A stretch of DNA of 64,000 bases from Phycisphaerales bacterium (GCA_003141315.1 PLLP01000006.1:86641-150640), one strand, 5' to 3'. Shown: positions 26,301-37,152, counted from the stretch's first letter. Numbers and translations: made by a program. The notes: a model not told the origin generated them from the sequence alone.

Positions 26301-27170
26301 ATGGCACAGGAAGGCGGCTGGGCGGTAATGGATTATGCACTCGATTTCGCTCCGGAAAAATTGCCGTATATAAAACTGGGTTATGCTTCTTATCTCAGTT
26401 CCTGGGCTTTGATGAACACCGGCACGGCAGAGACCAATTACGGTTACTGGTATCCGGGCCTCGCCAATGATGGCGCTATTGGCTGGGCATTCGAGCCTCA
26501 AAAATATGTTACGATCTGGCTTCAGGGCTGGACGCTTAACCGCGGCGTATGGTACTACGACGGCGAAATCGACCTCGGGCTTGGCGGAGCATTGAGAATG
26601 GCAAGGTCGGTTGTAATACAAGACGACGTGTTCGGTCTTTTCGGACTCGGCTGTGACGCATCTTTCTCTGCCGGCAAATACTATGTTGTGCCGAAAGACG
26701 GGCTGCGCGAGCATCTGGTTATGAACAATATCGGGCTGTCGATGGACCTGGACCGCGATACGTTTGCGAAGAACCAAAATGTAGTGGTATGCAGTTCATT
26801 AACTTCGATAAAATTTGTCCTGGAAAACGAAAGAGCTAACGCTCATACGACATTGCTGAGTCTCTATGGCATGCCGAGCGGGAGTTATGCTTTAAGAATA
26901 AACGGCGTTATTCAGTCTACATTCAGCCACATCGCTTCTGAAAAATCCGTTATCGAGCTTAATGTCGGTTCGGCTGCGACAAGCACCGTTTCAATCGGCT
27001 TTAAGGCAGATATTGACGGGGATGGAAATGTGGATTTTGCCGATTTTGCTATACTGGCTCAGTATTGGCAGGAGAGCGGCTGTGGAGCATGCGGCGGAGC
27101 AGACCTTACAGGCGACGGAAAAGTCAACGAAGATGATTTAAAAGAGTTTGTCAATCAATGGCTGTTATAG
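23328..27170 (+). CDS. Large secreted protein (1280 aa): signal peptide, LamG-like jelly-roll, a conserved approx 90-aa beta module, a large unassigned central domain, and a C-terminal dockerin-like repeat pair
   Basis: Signal peptide ILALACSYAQA. WWKFDEASGTTAYDSA...LDGTDDYVSLP (Laminin_G_3 type). SWLPGTNAASHDVYFGTD...TYYWRIDEVN. C-terminal DIDGDGNVDFADF...DLTGDGKVNEDDL. Confidence 0.85.
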   Translation: MIKKPGIIVIVILALACSYAQAVNPVGWWKFDEASGTTAYDSASPAHNGTVNGGATLNGSGILTLDGTDDYVSLPIGSVINSLTSCTITVWINSSNVSTQWQRIFDFGTGQTKNMFLTPQAGTGTMRFAITTAGGGSEQQLTSASALPSGAHLIVVRINGSTDVGTMFLDGTIVATNNSMTLAPSNLGSTTNNWLGRSQYPDPYFNGSYNELRIYNYAMTDAEVMALSQKLTATIPNPVSGATVPRNTDLSWLPGTNAASHDVYFGTDQTQVTNATRTSHTGVTYTNVDVNSYDPGILNFTQTYYWRIDEVNGSNIWKGTVWNFTTDGNINLENDFFNIKMDIVHDGITMLKKVNDSFDTDFVLSPADYTAYGVTDPGWLLGDIISKYRVNGGGWLTAKTQVSTDNRVVAVDDANKTVTFSYLTNSSITGGIKNFQLTQVWHLDGNNLSLDMKIKNTSGGNLEFGDLAFPMPFDTIYSGSTADIQSKHVMRHELIAGYGSYMLWMKVNGLGPYLVMTPTGETKLEYYEVDDGNGKFLPYMYSSVAGPAVSGTWRQPYTSKVLSAGGELNFGYKFRWADNYKEASDVLYDCNVFDIEVLPGMTIPQDLHAMIKLRTKKALDANSLTAEYPAQTVITYAGNPQTDIYLYKVQFNRLGENLITINHDSGQKTYLEFFSTQDLETLIKKRASHLVNYQQVKNPAKWYDGLVGLWDMRTAVLRTPDNTGGLTYHIASDDPGLCHVPYIASKNVTYPDQNEINACEYYIQHFVWGGLQQTTTEAYPYGIYTIPNWYQHRVTNPCPTCIGRIFDYPHIANLYYCMYKIAKNYPDMVHYLNKDGYLERAYQTALANYTLPYAINGATWQWETGTMDEVIYPELIRSMHEEGWDANAVNLENQLDKKIKYYVYDNPYPYGSEYSIDSTAFESTQALAKWALEDHPLTPDSDHPNVSQQDVRDFMDRQMYANISVRGWIEPAFYHLGSDYRSSPDYYILTYMAQEGGWAVMDYALDFAPEKLPYIKLGYASYLSSWALMNTGTAETNYGYWYPGLANDGAIGWAFEPQKYVTIWLQGWTLNRGVWYYDGEIDLGLGGALRMARSVVIQDDVFGLFGLGCDASFSAGKYYVVPKDGLREHLVMNNIGLSMDLDRDTFAKNQNVVVCSSLTSIKFVLENERANAHTTLLSLYGMPSGSYALRINGVIQSTFSHIASEKSVIELNVGSAATSTVSIGFKADIDGDGNVDFADFAILAQYWQESGCGACGGADLTGDGKVNEDDLKEFVNQWLL

Positions 27171-27263
27171 AACCTGCAGCAGAAACCTTTGTCGCAAAAC
27201 AGGCTGACAGGTTCGTTGTAAATTTTAGTTAGTAAGATATAAATTTATTGACGCGCGTAAAAA

Positions 27264-27294
27264 ACGGGACGACTTCCATCGTCCCGTTTTTTTT
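27264..27294. terminator. Hairpin terminator between convergent genes, flanked by A/T tracts on both sides
   Basis: Stem acgggacg/cgtcccgt, with an A5 tract before it and a T8 tract after it. Confidence 0.6.
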
Positions 27295-27328
27295 ATTGCT
27301 AACCTATCTATAACCGCAATTTATCGCC

Positions 27329-28426
27329 TTATGAATTTTTCATAAATCCCCTTATACAGAGGTCGCCGTTCAGGTTTTTTATTTCAAGATTATGCGGGCG
27401 AGCCTGATTCAGGGCATCAGCCATTAGTTTTGTCGTATGAGCAAGGCCGCTGCGGGCAAGATTTTTCGGCGCGATATAGACAACAATCTCGTCGGCAAGA
27501 CCTGCCCGCAAAAAAGAGGTAATCACTGTCGGGCCGCCTTCGACAAGCAGCTGCTGAATGCCTTTCCGGGAAAGCACGGCGATGGTTTCTTTGAGACTAC
27601 ATTTACCTCCTGCAGAAGAAACGGTAATAATTCTCGCTCCTTTTTTCTGAAGCGGCATAGTTTTCGTATTATTTTTATTCGCAGTGAATACAAGCACGGG
27701 CGCTTTTTTTGCGGTTTTGATTAGATTGCAAGTTGGCGGGATTTTTAATTTGCTATCAAGCACAACCCGCAAAAGTTTTTTATCCTTTCGGGCAGGTCTT
27801 GCGGTAAGGAGCGGGTCGTCTGCCAGCACCGTATTTATGCCAACAAGAATCGCGTCAGCCCTGCGGCGAAGGATTTGGGCGTTGCTTCTGCTTTTTTGGT
27901 TTGAAATCCATCGATATTTTTTTGACGCCAAAAAACCGTCCCGGGATTGAGCCCATTTTACGATTACCCAGGGTTTGCTGGTTTTTGCGAATTTGAAGAA
28001 CGGGGCATTGAGAAGTTTCGCCTGGTTTTCGCAAAGGCCTGTCTCGATTTTGATGCCGGCTTTTTTGAGCAGCCTGATGCCTTTGCCGTTTGCGTGCGGC
28101 GACGGGTCGATTGCTGCGATGACGACCTTCGCAATTTTCGCTTTTATTATCGCATCGGTGCAGGGCGGGGTTTTGCCGAAATGGCAGCAGGGTTCGAGCG
28201 AGACGAACATTGTTGCGCCGGCGGGATTATTGCGTTTTTTTCGGCAATCGGACAGCGCGTTGATTTCTGCGTGCGGCCCGCCGAACTTCCCGTGGTATCC
28301 TCTGCCGATAATTTTGTTATCTTTTACGATTACGCAGCCGACAGCAGGATTCGGTTCAACAGAGCCGATACCCTTCGCGGCAAGGGTCAGGGCATCGAGC
28401 ATAAATTTTTCATAGCGGCTTTTCAT
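27329..28426 (-). CDS. ribD: Bifunctional riboflavin biosynthesis protein RibD (deaminase/reductase)
   Basis: PNPAVGCVIV, HAEINAL and SLEPCCHFGKTPPC deaminase motifs, plus a C-terminal reductase domain (KWAQSRDG, EGGP). The ATG at 28426 (MKSRYEKFM) avoids a 120-nt overlap with the upstream gene. Confidence 0.92.
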   Translation of the reverse strand: MKSRYEKFMLDALTLAAKGIGSVEPNPAVGCVIVKDNKIIGRGYHGKFGGPHAEINALSDCRKKRNNPAGATMFVSLEPCCHFGKTPPCTDAIIKAKIAKVVIAAIDPSPHANGKGIRLLKKAGIKIETGLCENQAKLLNAPFFKFAKTSKPWVIVKWAQSRDGFLASKKYRWISNQKSRSNAQILRRRADAILVGINTVLADDPLLTARPARKDKKLLRVVLDSKLKIPPTCNLIKTAKKAPVLVFTANKNNTKTMPLQKKGARIITVSSAGGKCSLKETIAVLSRKGIQQLLVEGGPTVITSFLRAGLADEIVVYIAPKNLARSGLAHTTKLMADALNQARPHNLEIKNLNGDLCIRGFMKNS

Positions 28427-28427
28427 T

Positions 28428-29030
28428 TCAGCTTGCCAATAATTTCCCGGCGTCAGCCAATTGTCTTTTGTATTTTTCAGGCACGGTCTGGTCTTGAGTT
28501 TGAGCAGCCATACCGATAAAAATTTTACTCTCAACCTTTGCACCCACACATTTAGCGGCGGATTTGAGGACGCTCATTGCGCCGGGATAAAGAAGCCTTG
28601 CAATAAACTCAGGCGGAGCGGCAGATGTCATTATAACGGCTTTTTTGGTCGGCTTTTTTATTCGATTTTTAGGTGCATGAGCCCCCCAGGGCCAATAGCC
28701 GTAAGGAACAAGTCTTTCGATGAATACCCTCATAACAGCCGTCACATTGAACCAGTTGACGGGTGCGGCCAGAACTATCCCATCGGCTGCATCAATCCCG
28801 TCGAGAATTCGTTTCGTATCGTCGTCAAGAACACAGTCGCCCCGTTTTTCGCCCGGCTGCTGCATACAGCAGCGGCAGTTGGTGCAGAATTCGATGTGTT
28901 TATCGAGCAGGAAAATTTTCTCTGTTTGAGCCCCCTGCTGCCGGGCGGCTTCGAGCAGCTCATCGACAGCAGTGTCGATGGTTTTGCCCTTTCGGTATGT
29001 GCCGACAATTGCGATTATTTTTTTGCTCAT
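28428..29030 (-). CDS. Flavodoxin-like fold NAD(P)H-dependent FMN reductase / iron-sulfur flavoprotein
   Basis: KIIAIVGTYRKGKT and CTNCRCCMQ motifs, and DGIVLAAPVNWFNVTA. The ATG at 29030 is preceded by a GGGAAGA RBS. Confidence 0.8.
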   Translation of the reverse strand: MSKKIIAIVGTYRKGKTIDTAVDELLEAARQQGAQTEKIFLLDKHIEFCTNCRCCMQQPGEKRGDCVLDDDTKRILDGIDAADGIVLAAPVNWFNVTAVMRVFIERLVPYGYWPWGAHAPKNRIKKPTKKAVIMTSAAPPEFIARLLYPGAMSVLKSAAKCVGAKVESKIFIGMAAQTQDQTVPEKYKRQLADAGKLLAS

Positions 29031-29034
29031 TGGT

Positions 29035-31044
<2,010 letters not shown>

Positions 31045-31206
31045 TCACTCACAAAAGAGAAGAGTGAAGGGTAAAGGGTGAAGTCCGCCTTTGGCGGATT
31101 CATCCCGAACTTTTTTTGCCCGCGGCGCATTCTGCCGTGTTGATAAAACCTGTAAGTCTGCTGTATAATTATGCCAAAATATGCCTTTTTAAGAAAGGGA
31201 AAAGCG

Positions 31207-32904
31207 ATGAAAAAAACAAAGGCTGCAGTTGTTATTATTTTGGCGGTATGTGGAAACATTTTCGGATACGACCGGCTGACGGGGCTGCCGTTCGCGAGCA
31301 GAAGCGAGGTGATAGCGTGCAACGGGATGGCGGCGACGAGTCAGCCGCTGGCGACACAGGCGGCGATTGATATTCTTAAAAAAGGCGGCAACGCAGTCGA
31401 TGCGGCGATAGCTGCCAATGCGGTGCTGGGGCTGGTTGAGCCGGTAAGCTGCGGGGTGGGCGGGGATTTGTTCGCAATCGTCTGGGACGCGAAGACGAAG
31501 AAACTTTACGGATTAAACGCGAGCGGCAGGTCGCCGTATTCGCTTACGATGGATTATTTCAGAAAAAACAATATTGAAAAAATTCCGCCTTACGGCCCGC
31601 TGCCAGTGACGGTGCCGGGGTGCGTTGACGGGTGGTTCGAGCTGCACAAAAAATTCGGGAAGCTTTCGATGCCGGAAATTCTGGCGCCCTCTATAAAATA
31701 CGCAAGAGAAGGTTTTCCGGTGACGGAACTTATAGCAAATTACTGGCAGCGGAGCGCAAAGACCCTCGGCGAATATCCGAATTTTAAGGAAATTTTTATG
31801 CCCGCAGGTAAAGCACCCGCCAAGGGCGAGATTTTCCGCAACCCGCTTCTTGCAAATACGCTGGAAAAAATCGGTAAAAAAGGACGCGATTGTTTTTACA
31901 AAGGTGAGATTGCGAAAAAAATTACCGACTTTATGCAGAAGAACGGGGGATTTTTATCGATGCGGGATTTGGCGGAGCATAAATCGGAATGGGTAGAGCC
32001 TGTAAGCACAAATTACCGGGGGTTCGACGTGTGGGAGCTTCCGCCGAACTGCCAGGGAATCGCGGTTCTGCAGATGCTCAATATCCTCGAAGGCTTCGAC
32101 CTGAAATCGAAGGGGTTCGGCAGCATCGAACACCTGCATTATTTTCTCGAAGCCAAAAAGATAGTTTATGAGGACAGGGCAAAGTATTACGCAGACCCGG
32201 ATTTTAACAAGATACCCGTCAGAGAGCTTATCTCGAAGGAGTATGCAGCAAAACGCAGGCAGCTTATCGATGCGAACAAGGCGGGAACTGATTTTGAGCC
32301 GGGCAATCCCGATTCCGATACGAGAGATACGATTTATCTTACGGTGGCGGACAAATACGGCAATATGGTTTCGCTGATTCAAAGCAACTACAGAGGAATG
32401 GGTTCCGGGATGACGCCTGACGGCCTTGGGTTTATTTTGCAGGACCGCGGCGAGTTGTTTAATCTGCAGGATGGTTTTTTGAACAGCTACGCCCCGCACA
32501 AAAGACCTTTTCATACGATAATTCCGGGTTTTATAACGAAGGATGGAAAACCATTTATGAGTTTCGGCGTTATGGGCGGTGATATGCAGCCGCAGGGGCA
32601 GGTGCAGATTATTTTGAATTTGGTTGATTTCGGTATGAATTTGCAGGAGGCGGGCGACGCCCCGCGATTGCAGCATACAGGTTCTGCCGACCCAACGGGC
32701 GATAAAAAGGCGGGCAGCGGAACCGTGTTTCTCGAAAGCGGCTTTCCAAAAGAGACGGTCGAATTGTTAGAGAAGATGGGACACAAAATCAGTCCGCAGA
32801 AAGAAGATTACGGCGGCTACCAGGCAATAATGTTCGACAGCAATAACCATTGTTTTTATGGTGCATCAGAATCCCGCAAGGACGGCCAGGCGGCGGGATA
32901 CTGA
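31207..32904 (+). CDS. ggt: Gamma-glutamyltransferase
   Basis: Signal peptide MKKTKAAVVIILAV; GGNAVDAAIA; catalytic DTIYLTV (Thr nucleophile); GGDMQPQ. An alternative upstream ATG lies at 31171. Confidence 0.93.
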   Translation: MKKTKAAVVIILAVCGNIFGYDRLTGLPFASRSEVIACNGMAATSQPLATQAAIDILKKGGNAVDAAIAANAVLGLVEPVSCGVGGDLFAIVWDAKTKKLYGLNASGRSPYSLTMDYFRKNNIEKIPPYGPLPVTVPGCVDGWFELHKKFGKLSMPEILAPSIKYAREGFPVTELIANYWQRSAKTLGEYPNFKEIFMPAGKAPAKGEIFRNPLLANTLEKIGKKGRDCFYKGEIAKKITDFMQKNGGFLSMRDLAEHKSEWVEPVSTNYRGFDVWELPPNCQGIAVLQMLNILEGFDLKSKGFGSIEHLHYFLEAKKIVYEDRAKYYADPDFNKIPVRELISKEYAAKRRQLIDANKAGTDFEPGNPDSDTRDTIYLTVADKYGNMVSLIQSNYRGMGSGMTPDGLGFILQDRGELFNLQDGFLNSYAPHKRPFHTIIPGFITKDGKPFMSFGVMGGDMQPQGQVQIILNLVDFGMNLQEAGDAPRLQHTGSADPTGDKKAGSGTVFLESGFPKETVELLEKMGHKISPQKEDYGGYQAIMFDSNNHCFYGASESRKDGQAAGY

Positions 32905-32944
32905 AAGTCAAAACTTAAAGTGTAAAACTTAAAATTGTGGAAGG

Positions 32945-34066
32945 TTATTTTACCAGCAGGTTTCGGGTCTGTGCAATGAATCGCAGCATACCGGCGGCCT
33001 GCCGGCGAATCTGGGGGTCGAAATTGGTGACTCGGCTGCTCCATTTTTTATACTGCTCATTAAGAAGCAGCCGGGTTTCTTCGCTATCCATATCGGGACG
33101 GACGCCGAGGAAAAATTGTTCATCCTGAACTTCGCAGATGTCCGGCGTGAGAATTTTCTGGACGAGAGTGATAACAATATTTTTATCCACCTCAAGCCAG
33201 CCGGCGATATTTTTCAGCAGGGATAATTTTGTGCGTGAAACGGTGCCGCCTGACCTTGCCAGCTGCAGACAGAATTCCAAAGTATCACTGCGTAACGCGG
33301 GCGAAGCAATTTTGGCGATTTCGAGGCAGACTTTTTCCGCGTTGACAGTATTACCCGAGCGAAGAAGCGAAATGGTTTTATTCAGTGCGCGTTCAATCTG
33401 TTTTTTTGCCTTGTCGGAGTCGTCAACAGGGTCGATGTTTCGCCGTGCCCATTTTTTTATCATCTCGATTTCGCAACCGGATAACGAGCCGTCGGCGCCG
33501 CTCACGGTGAAAGCGAGCGTCACGGTAAGTATTTTGGAGCGTTCGATATTTTCGTGCAAGTCGATAAAGCCCGGCGAGGGGCTGTCGTAAATAAATACGC
33601 AGTCGGAAGACGCCACCTCGACCGGATTATCAAAGCCGGAAATGGAAATTGAAAATTGCAGGGTTCTTTTGCCGCTGCGTGGAAGCTGCAGCCAGAGCGG
33701 GTCTATTTGCGCAATTGTCGTCCAGTCTGCAAGTGTGGTAATCGAGGCGGGCAGAGTGCCAAGCTCGGTGACAAAGCAAAACCTCAGGGAATCGGGCAAT
33801 TGCCATTGTTTGCTGCTTCCGCGGACGGGCAGGGGATTTTCGGTGCCGTCGGTAATATCGGCGGCGGTTATCTGAACACTGGTCCTTGGAAGGTCAACGG
33901 AAGAGTGGATTGAGCCGCGGATTTTTATCGCGAGAAGAGGAGTCTGTCCTTTCTCTTCTTTTAACTCGACGGAACTATCAAGGGCAGAAGACGGGACAAA
34001 CGGCTGGGTGAAGCTACCAAGCCGAAACTTTTGCAAAAACCGGGAGCGGATTTTCTCAAAATACAT
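32945..34066 (-). CDS. TerB/DjlA-N-like domain protein with no HPD J-domain motif; third gene of the Hsp70 operon
   Basis: A beta-rich N-terminal half is followed by a helical region (ILTVTLAFTVSGADGSLSGCEIEMIKKWA ... LEFCLQLARSGGTVSRTKLSLLKNIAGWLEV) resembling TerB repeats. The C-terminal tail is LGVRPDMDSEETRLLLNEQYKKWSSRV. No HPD tripeptide is present. Confidence 0.55.
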   Translation of the reverse strand: MYFEKIRSRFLQKFRLGSFTQPFVPSSALDSSVELKEEKGQTPLLAIKIRGSIHSSVDLPRTSVQITAADITDGTENPLPVRGSSKQWQLPDSLRFCFVTELGTLPASITTLADWTTIAQIDPLWLQLPRSGKRTLQFSISISGFDNPVEVASSDCVFIYDSPSPGFIDLHENIERSKILTVTLAFTVSGADGSLSGCEIEMIKKWARRNIDPVDDSDKAKKQIERALNKTISLLRSGNTVNAEKVCLEIAKIASPALRSDTLEFCLQLARSGGTVSRTKLSLLKNIAGWLEVDKNIVITLVQKILTPDICEVQDEQFFLGVRPDMDSEETRLLLNEQYKKWSSRVTNFDPQIRRQAAGMLRFIAQTRNLLVK

Positions 34067-34089
34067 AAGTTTATCAATTTCGGCATAAT

Positions 34090-35661
34090 TTACTGCACTT
34101 TAAGAGTTTCGAACCGTTTGGCCTTTTCTTCGATTTCGTTCTGCTTCATATTGCCCTGACGGTCGAGAGCGAAATCGACTTCAAGCACGCTGCCGGACTG
34201 GACGTCCTCGAAGAAACAATGCATCCTCTGATTGACATCGTAGCTGTACGTCACCTTGATTGGACATTCAGCAGGCCTGTTTGGCGGCAGCTGAAGCTTG
34301 TGGGTGGTAATCTTGTTGACATATTCGGGAGCGGTATCTTCGCCCTGTGTGATGTTTATTTCGAGCTCCGTCTGTCCTTCGGCAACGGTGTAGAAGGTTT
34401 TTGTCGCCTGGCAGGGAAGCGGCGTGTTTTTCCTGAGGATGATTCTGTTTTCGACAACGCGTTTGCCGCTTTTCTTGTCGATTGGCGCACAGATAGTGCC
34501 GTAGCTGTGATTGCAGACGTCGGTGAGGCGGATATTTTTCAGGCCGCCAATGATTCCTGTTGAAAGAGCCAGCGGGTTATCGCGGATGAGCGTCATGCCT
34601 GCGTGAATAGCGGCTCCAAGCGATACGCACTCGTCAACGTTGACGGCAACATCCGGGTCGAACCCAAACATTTTTCTAAGCCGTTTCTGAACGATGGGCA
34701 TCCGGCTGCTTCCGCCCGACAGCAGAACCTTGTCAATCTGCGACGGTTTCAATTTCGCTTCTTCGAGAGCGACTTCGAGCAAAATATCTATACGGCTCAT
34801 CAGGGGAGCAACAGCTTCTTCGAAAACCTGTCGGGCAAGCTCGAATTTCGTTGAGCCGGACCGGCCGTAAAGAATCTGCTTGGCGACGTCTCTTCTCGAC
34901 AGTGTCTTTTTAACATCCTCGGCCTCATCTTCGAGTTTCGCCCTTTCTTCTTCGGTATTGATAAGTTCGGCGCCTAATTTATCTTTGTAGAAGCTCCGCA
35001 TAATTTCGAGTATTTTTCTGTCGAAGTCGATGCCGCCGAGTTCGTGGTCTCCCTGCGAGCAGATGATATTCATATCTGTGCCTTTTACATCCATAATAGT
35101 GACGTCAAAGGTGCCGCCGCCGAGGTCGTATATGAGGATTTTTCCGTAGACGGGGCAGGTGGTGGCATAATAAAGGGCGGTAGCGACAGGTTCGTTGACT
35201 ATTCCTACGACGTTGAGTCCGGCAAGTGTGCCGGCGTCCATAGTCGCCTTGCGGCGTATTTCATCGAAGTGCGCCGGAACAGAGATAACGACATCGCGTA
35301 TCTGCCGATTATCAACCGAGCAGTCATCTTTGAGTTTTTTCAGTATCAGCGCAGAGAGTTCAACCGGCGACCATTCTTTGCCGTCGAGAAATTTTTTGTA
35401 GGAGGCGTCTCCCATCTGTCTTTTAATCCAGCGGACAGACCTTTGCGGGTTGAGGTATCGGCAGTGCAGGGCTTCGATTCCGACGCGTATTATACCGGAA
35501 CTTTCCTCGTCAAAAAATATTGCCGACGGGGTCAGCCTTTCGCCTTCGGAGTTAGGGACGATTTCCGGCCTGCCGATGGCGTTTAGGATGGCCAGCGAAG
35601 AAAAGGTTGTCCCAAGGTCGATACCGGCTATCGTATCTATTTTAGACCCGTTATTAGACAT
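34090..35661 (-). CDS. Atypical Hsp70 family ATPase (523 aa; full NBD, SBD-beta, no helical lid)
   Basis: GIDLGTTFSS, ISVPAHFDE, DLGGGTFDV and LSGGSSRMP motifs. It ends soon after the beta-sandwich, so it is roughly 100 aa shorter than DnaK. Confidence 0.9.
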   Translation of the reverse strand: MSNNGSKIDTIAGIDLGTTFSSLAILNAIGRPEIVPNSEGERLTPSAIFFDEESSGIIRVGIEALHCRYLNPQRSVRWIKRQMGDASYKKFLDGKEWSPVELSALILKKLKDDCSVDNRQIRDVVISVPAHFDEIRRKATMDAGTLAGLNVVGIVNEPVATALYYATTCPVYGKILIYDLGGGTFDVTIMDVKGTDMNIICSQGDHELGGIDFDRKILEIMRSFYKDKLGAELINTEEERAKLEDEAEDVKKTLSRRDVAKQILYGRSGSTKFELARQVFEEAVAPLMSRIDILLEVALEEAKLKPSQIDKVLLSGGSSRMPIVQKRLRKMFGFDPDVAVNVDECVSLGAAIHAGMTLIRDNPLALSTGIIGGLKNIRLTDVCNHSYGTICAPIDKKSGKRVVENRIILRKNTPLPCQATKTFYTVAEGQTELEINITQGEDTAPEYVNKITTHKLQLPPNRPAECPIKVTYSYDVNQRMHCFFEDVQSGSVLEVDFALDRQGNMKQNEIEEKAKRFETLKVQ

Positions 35662-35676
35662 TATATTTCACCTCGA

Positions 35677-36990
35677 TTAACTATACAGTTTAACCCTTGC
35701 AGCGCGGACGACCTTGAAGTTATCCTCATCAATAAAGTGCCTGTAGCCCGGCTTTACGACGGCTGCGATTTTGCCTTTCATTTCCTTTTTTTCCGTGACT
35801 TGTCTTTCCCTGACAGCCTCTGCGATTTTTTCCTGGCCGCTGTAATCACTGTCGATTTCAGGCTCATACTGTTCGATGCCGCTTGATTCGAGGGCAAAAA
35901 TCAGCTCGTCTCTGATTTCCTCGAGGTCTTCAGTTCCCATAGAGATATTTTTGAATTGTTCTATGCGGTCATCGAGATTGTCGATACTGCGAATGACTTT
36001 AAGCCCGAATGTTTTGATTATATTCCAGTCGTAACCATCCTGGAGTTTTTTCATCCTGTCCTGCTGACTAATAGCGTAGTCTCTTATGGCAGAGACCTGA
36101 TGAGTAAGGTCTTTAATGAACCCGCCGATAGGCTCGGAGCGTTCGGCAGCGGTTTTGACGGCTTCGGCCATCTGTTTGAATTCGGAAACCTGCTGCTCCA
36201 TTTCTTCTTTCTGGGCATTGAAGGCTTTTTCAATCCTTACGGTGTTTTCGTCGCCGGCACTTCGGATATCGGATGCCTTTTGATGAATGCTGTGGGCTTC
36301 CGAACGGAGTTTAAATGTTTTTTTGGACTCGCTCACCTTTTCATCGGAGAACAGCAGGTCAAGGCTTTGAGGCGCGGTGTTAAGCACATCGCTGAATGAC
36401 TTAAGAGCCTGCGCCGAATCATCCGGACCTTTAGGCGCAGGTTTATCGCCGGAATAATCAGTTTTGAAATCGTGCCAGCCTGCTTCTGCCAGTATCTTGG
36501 AATGGTCCATCTCTTTTTTCTTTGATTTACCTTTTTCGGTTTTCCTGTCGAGTCCGCCTTCGGAGGCTTCGTTACTCGCCGTTTCCGGCTGAATAATAAC
36601 AACCTTTCGGTGGTCTTTTTGTTCCGAAGCGGATTTACCGGACCTGTGGAGCAGACCCCATAACGTCTGGAAGAACCAGATAATGAACCAGCCTGCCAGA
36701 ATTGCAAAAGAGGTAAGAATGAATACAACAGAAACATCGACGAGCGTTTCCCGTGCTTCTCTTTTTGTATTGTATGAATCAAGTCTCTGCTTCCAGTCGT
36801 CAGAGGAAAATATATCGGCAAGCATTCGAACGCTCACTTCATCGGCATCAATATTTTCGAGCTTGTCGAGGCGGGCCTTGATAACATCGAGAACCTTTTG
36901 TTCTTTCTTCTGGACGTAACGTCCCCAGATAAAAACAGCGGAACCCGCAAGCAGCATAATCAGGCCTAATGCAACGAGTTTTTTACCCAT
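35677..36990 (-). CDS. Membrane-anchored GrpE-like protein (2 TM helices, disordered linker, coiled coil, GrpE-like C-terminal domain)
   Basis: TM1 LVALGLIMLLAGSAVFIW; TM2 VVFILTSFAILAGWFIIWFF. The C-terminus (IFALESSGIEQYEPEIDSDYSGQEKIAEAV...GKIAAVVKPGYRHFIDEDNFKVVRAARVKL) follows the GrpE beta-domain pattern (G.e.i...G..FDP..H.A.....G.V..v...GY......v.R.A.V.V). Confidence 0.6.
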   Translation of the reverse strand: MGKKLVALGLIMLLAGSAVFIWGRYVQKKEQKVLDVIKARLDKLENIDADEVSVRMLADIFSSDDWKQRLDSYNTKREARETLVDVSVVFILTSFAILAGWFIIWFFQTLWGLLHRSGKSASEQKDHRKVVIIQPETASNEASEGGLDRKTEKGKSKKKEMDHSKILAEAGWHDFKTDYSGDKPAPKGPDDSAQALKSFSDVLNTAPQSLDLLFSDEKVSESKKTFKLRSEAHSIHQKASDIRSAGDENTVRIEKAFNAQKEEMEQQVSEFKQMAEAVKTAAERSEPIGGFIKDLTHQVSAIRDYAISQQDRMKKLQDGYDWNIIKTFGLKVIRSIDNLDDRIEQFKNISMGTEDLEEIRDELIFALESSGIEQYEPEIDSDYSGQEKIAEAVRERQVTEKKEMKGKIAAVVKPGYRHFIDEDNFKVVRAARVKLYS

Positions 36991-37123
36991 TATATCTTCT
37001 TCCTACAGAGCCCAAATAATCCTGTTTAAAACAGCCCCCTGACACCTGGTCGCACAGCCCGGCATCAGAAAACCACAATAAAAGATGTCTATCGGTACAG
37101 GTTTTTCACAAACTGCCTAATAT

Positions 37124-37152
37124 ACTATAAGTAATAATCGAGCATTTCTCAA
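37124..37152 (-). promoter_or_regulatory. Candidate sigma70 promoter of the GrpE-like/Hsp70/TerB-like operon
   Basis: On the minus strand: TTGAGA, 17-nt spacer, TATAGT. It lies about 130 nt upstream of the ATG at 36990. Confidence 0.35.

Noticed and set aside
27329-28549. Long form of ribD (406 aa) with a 41-aa N-terminal extension
   Set aside because: The extension overlaps the 3' end of the flavoprotein gene by about 120 nt and has no similarity to RibD. The internal ATG at 28426 gives the canonical start (MKSRYEKFMLDAL).
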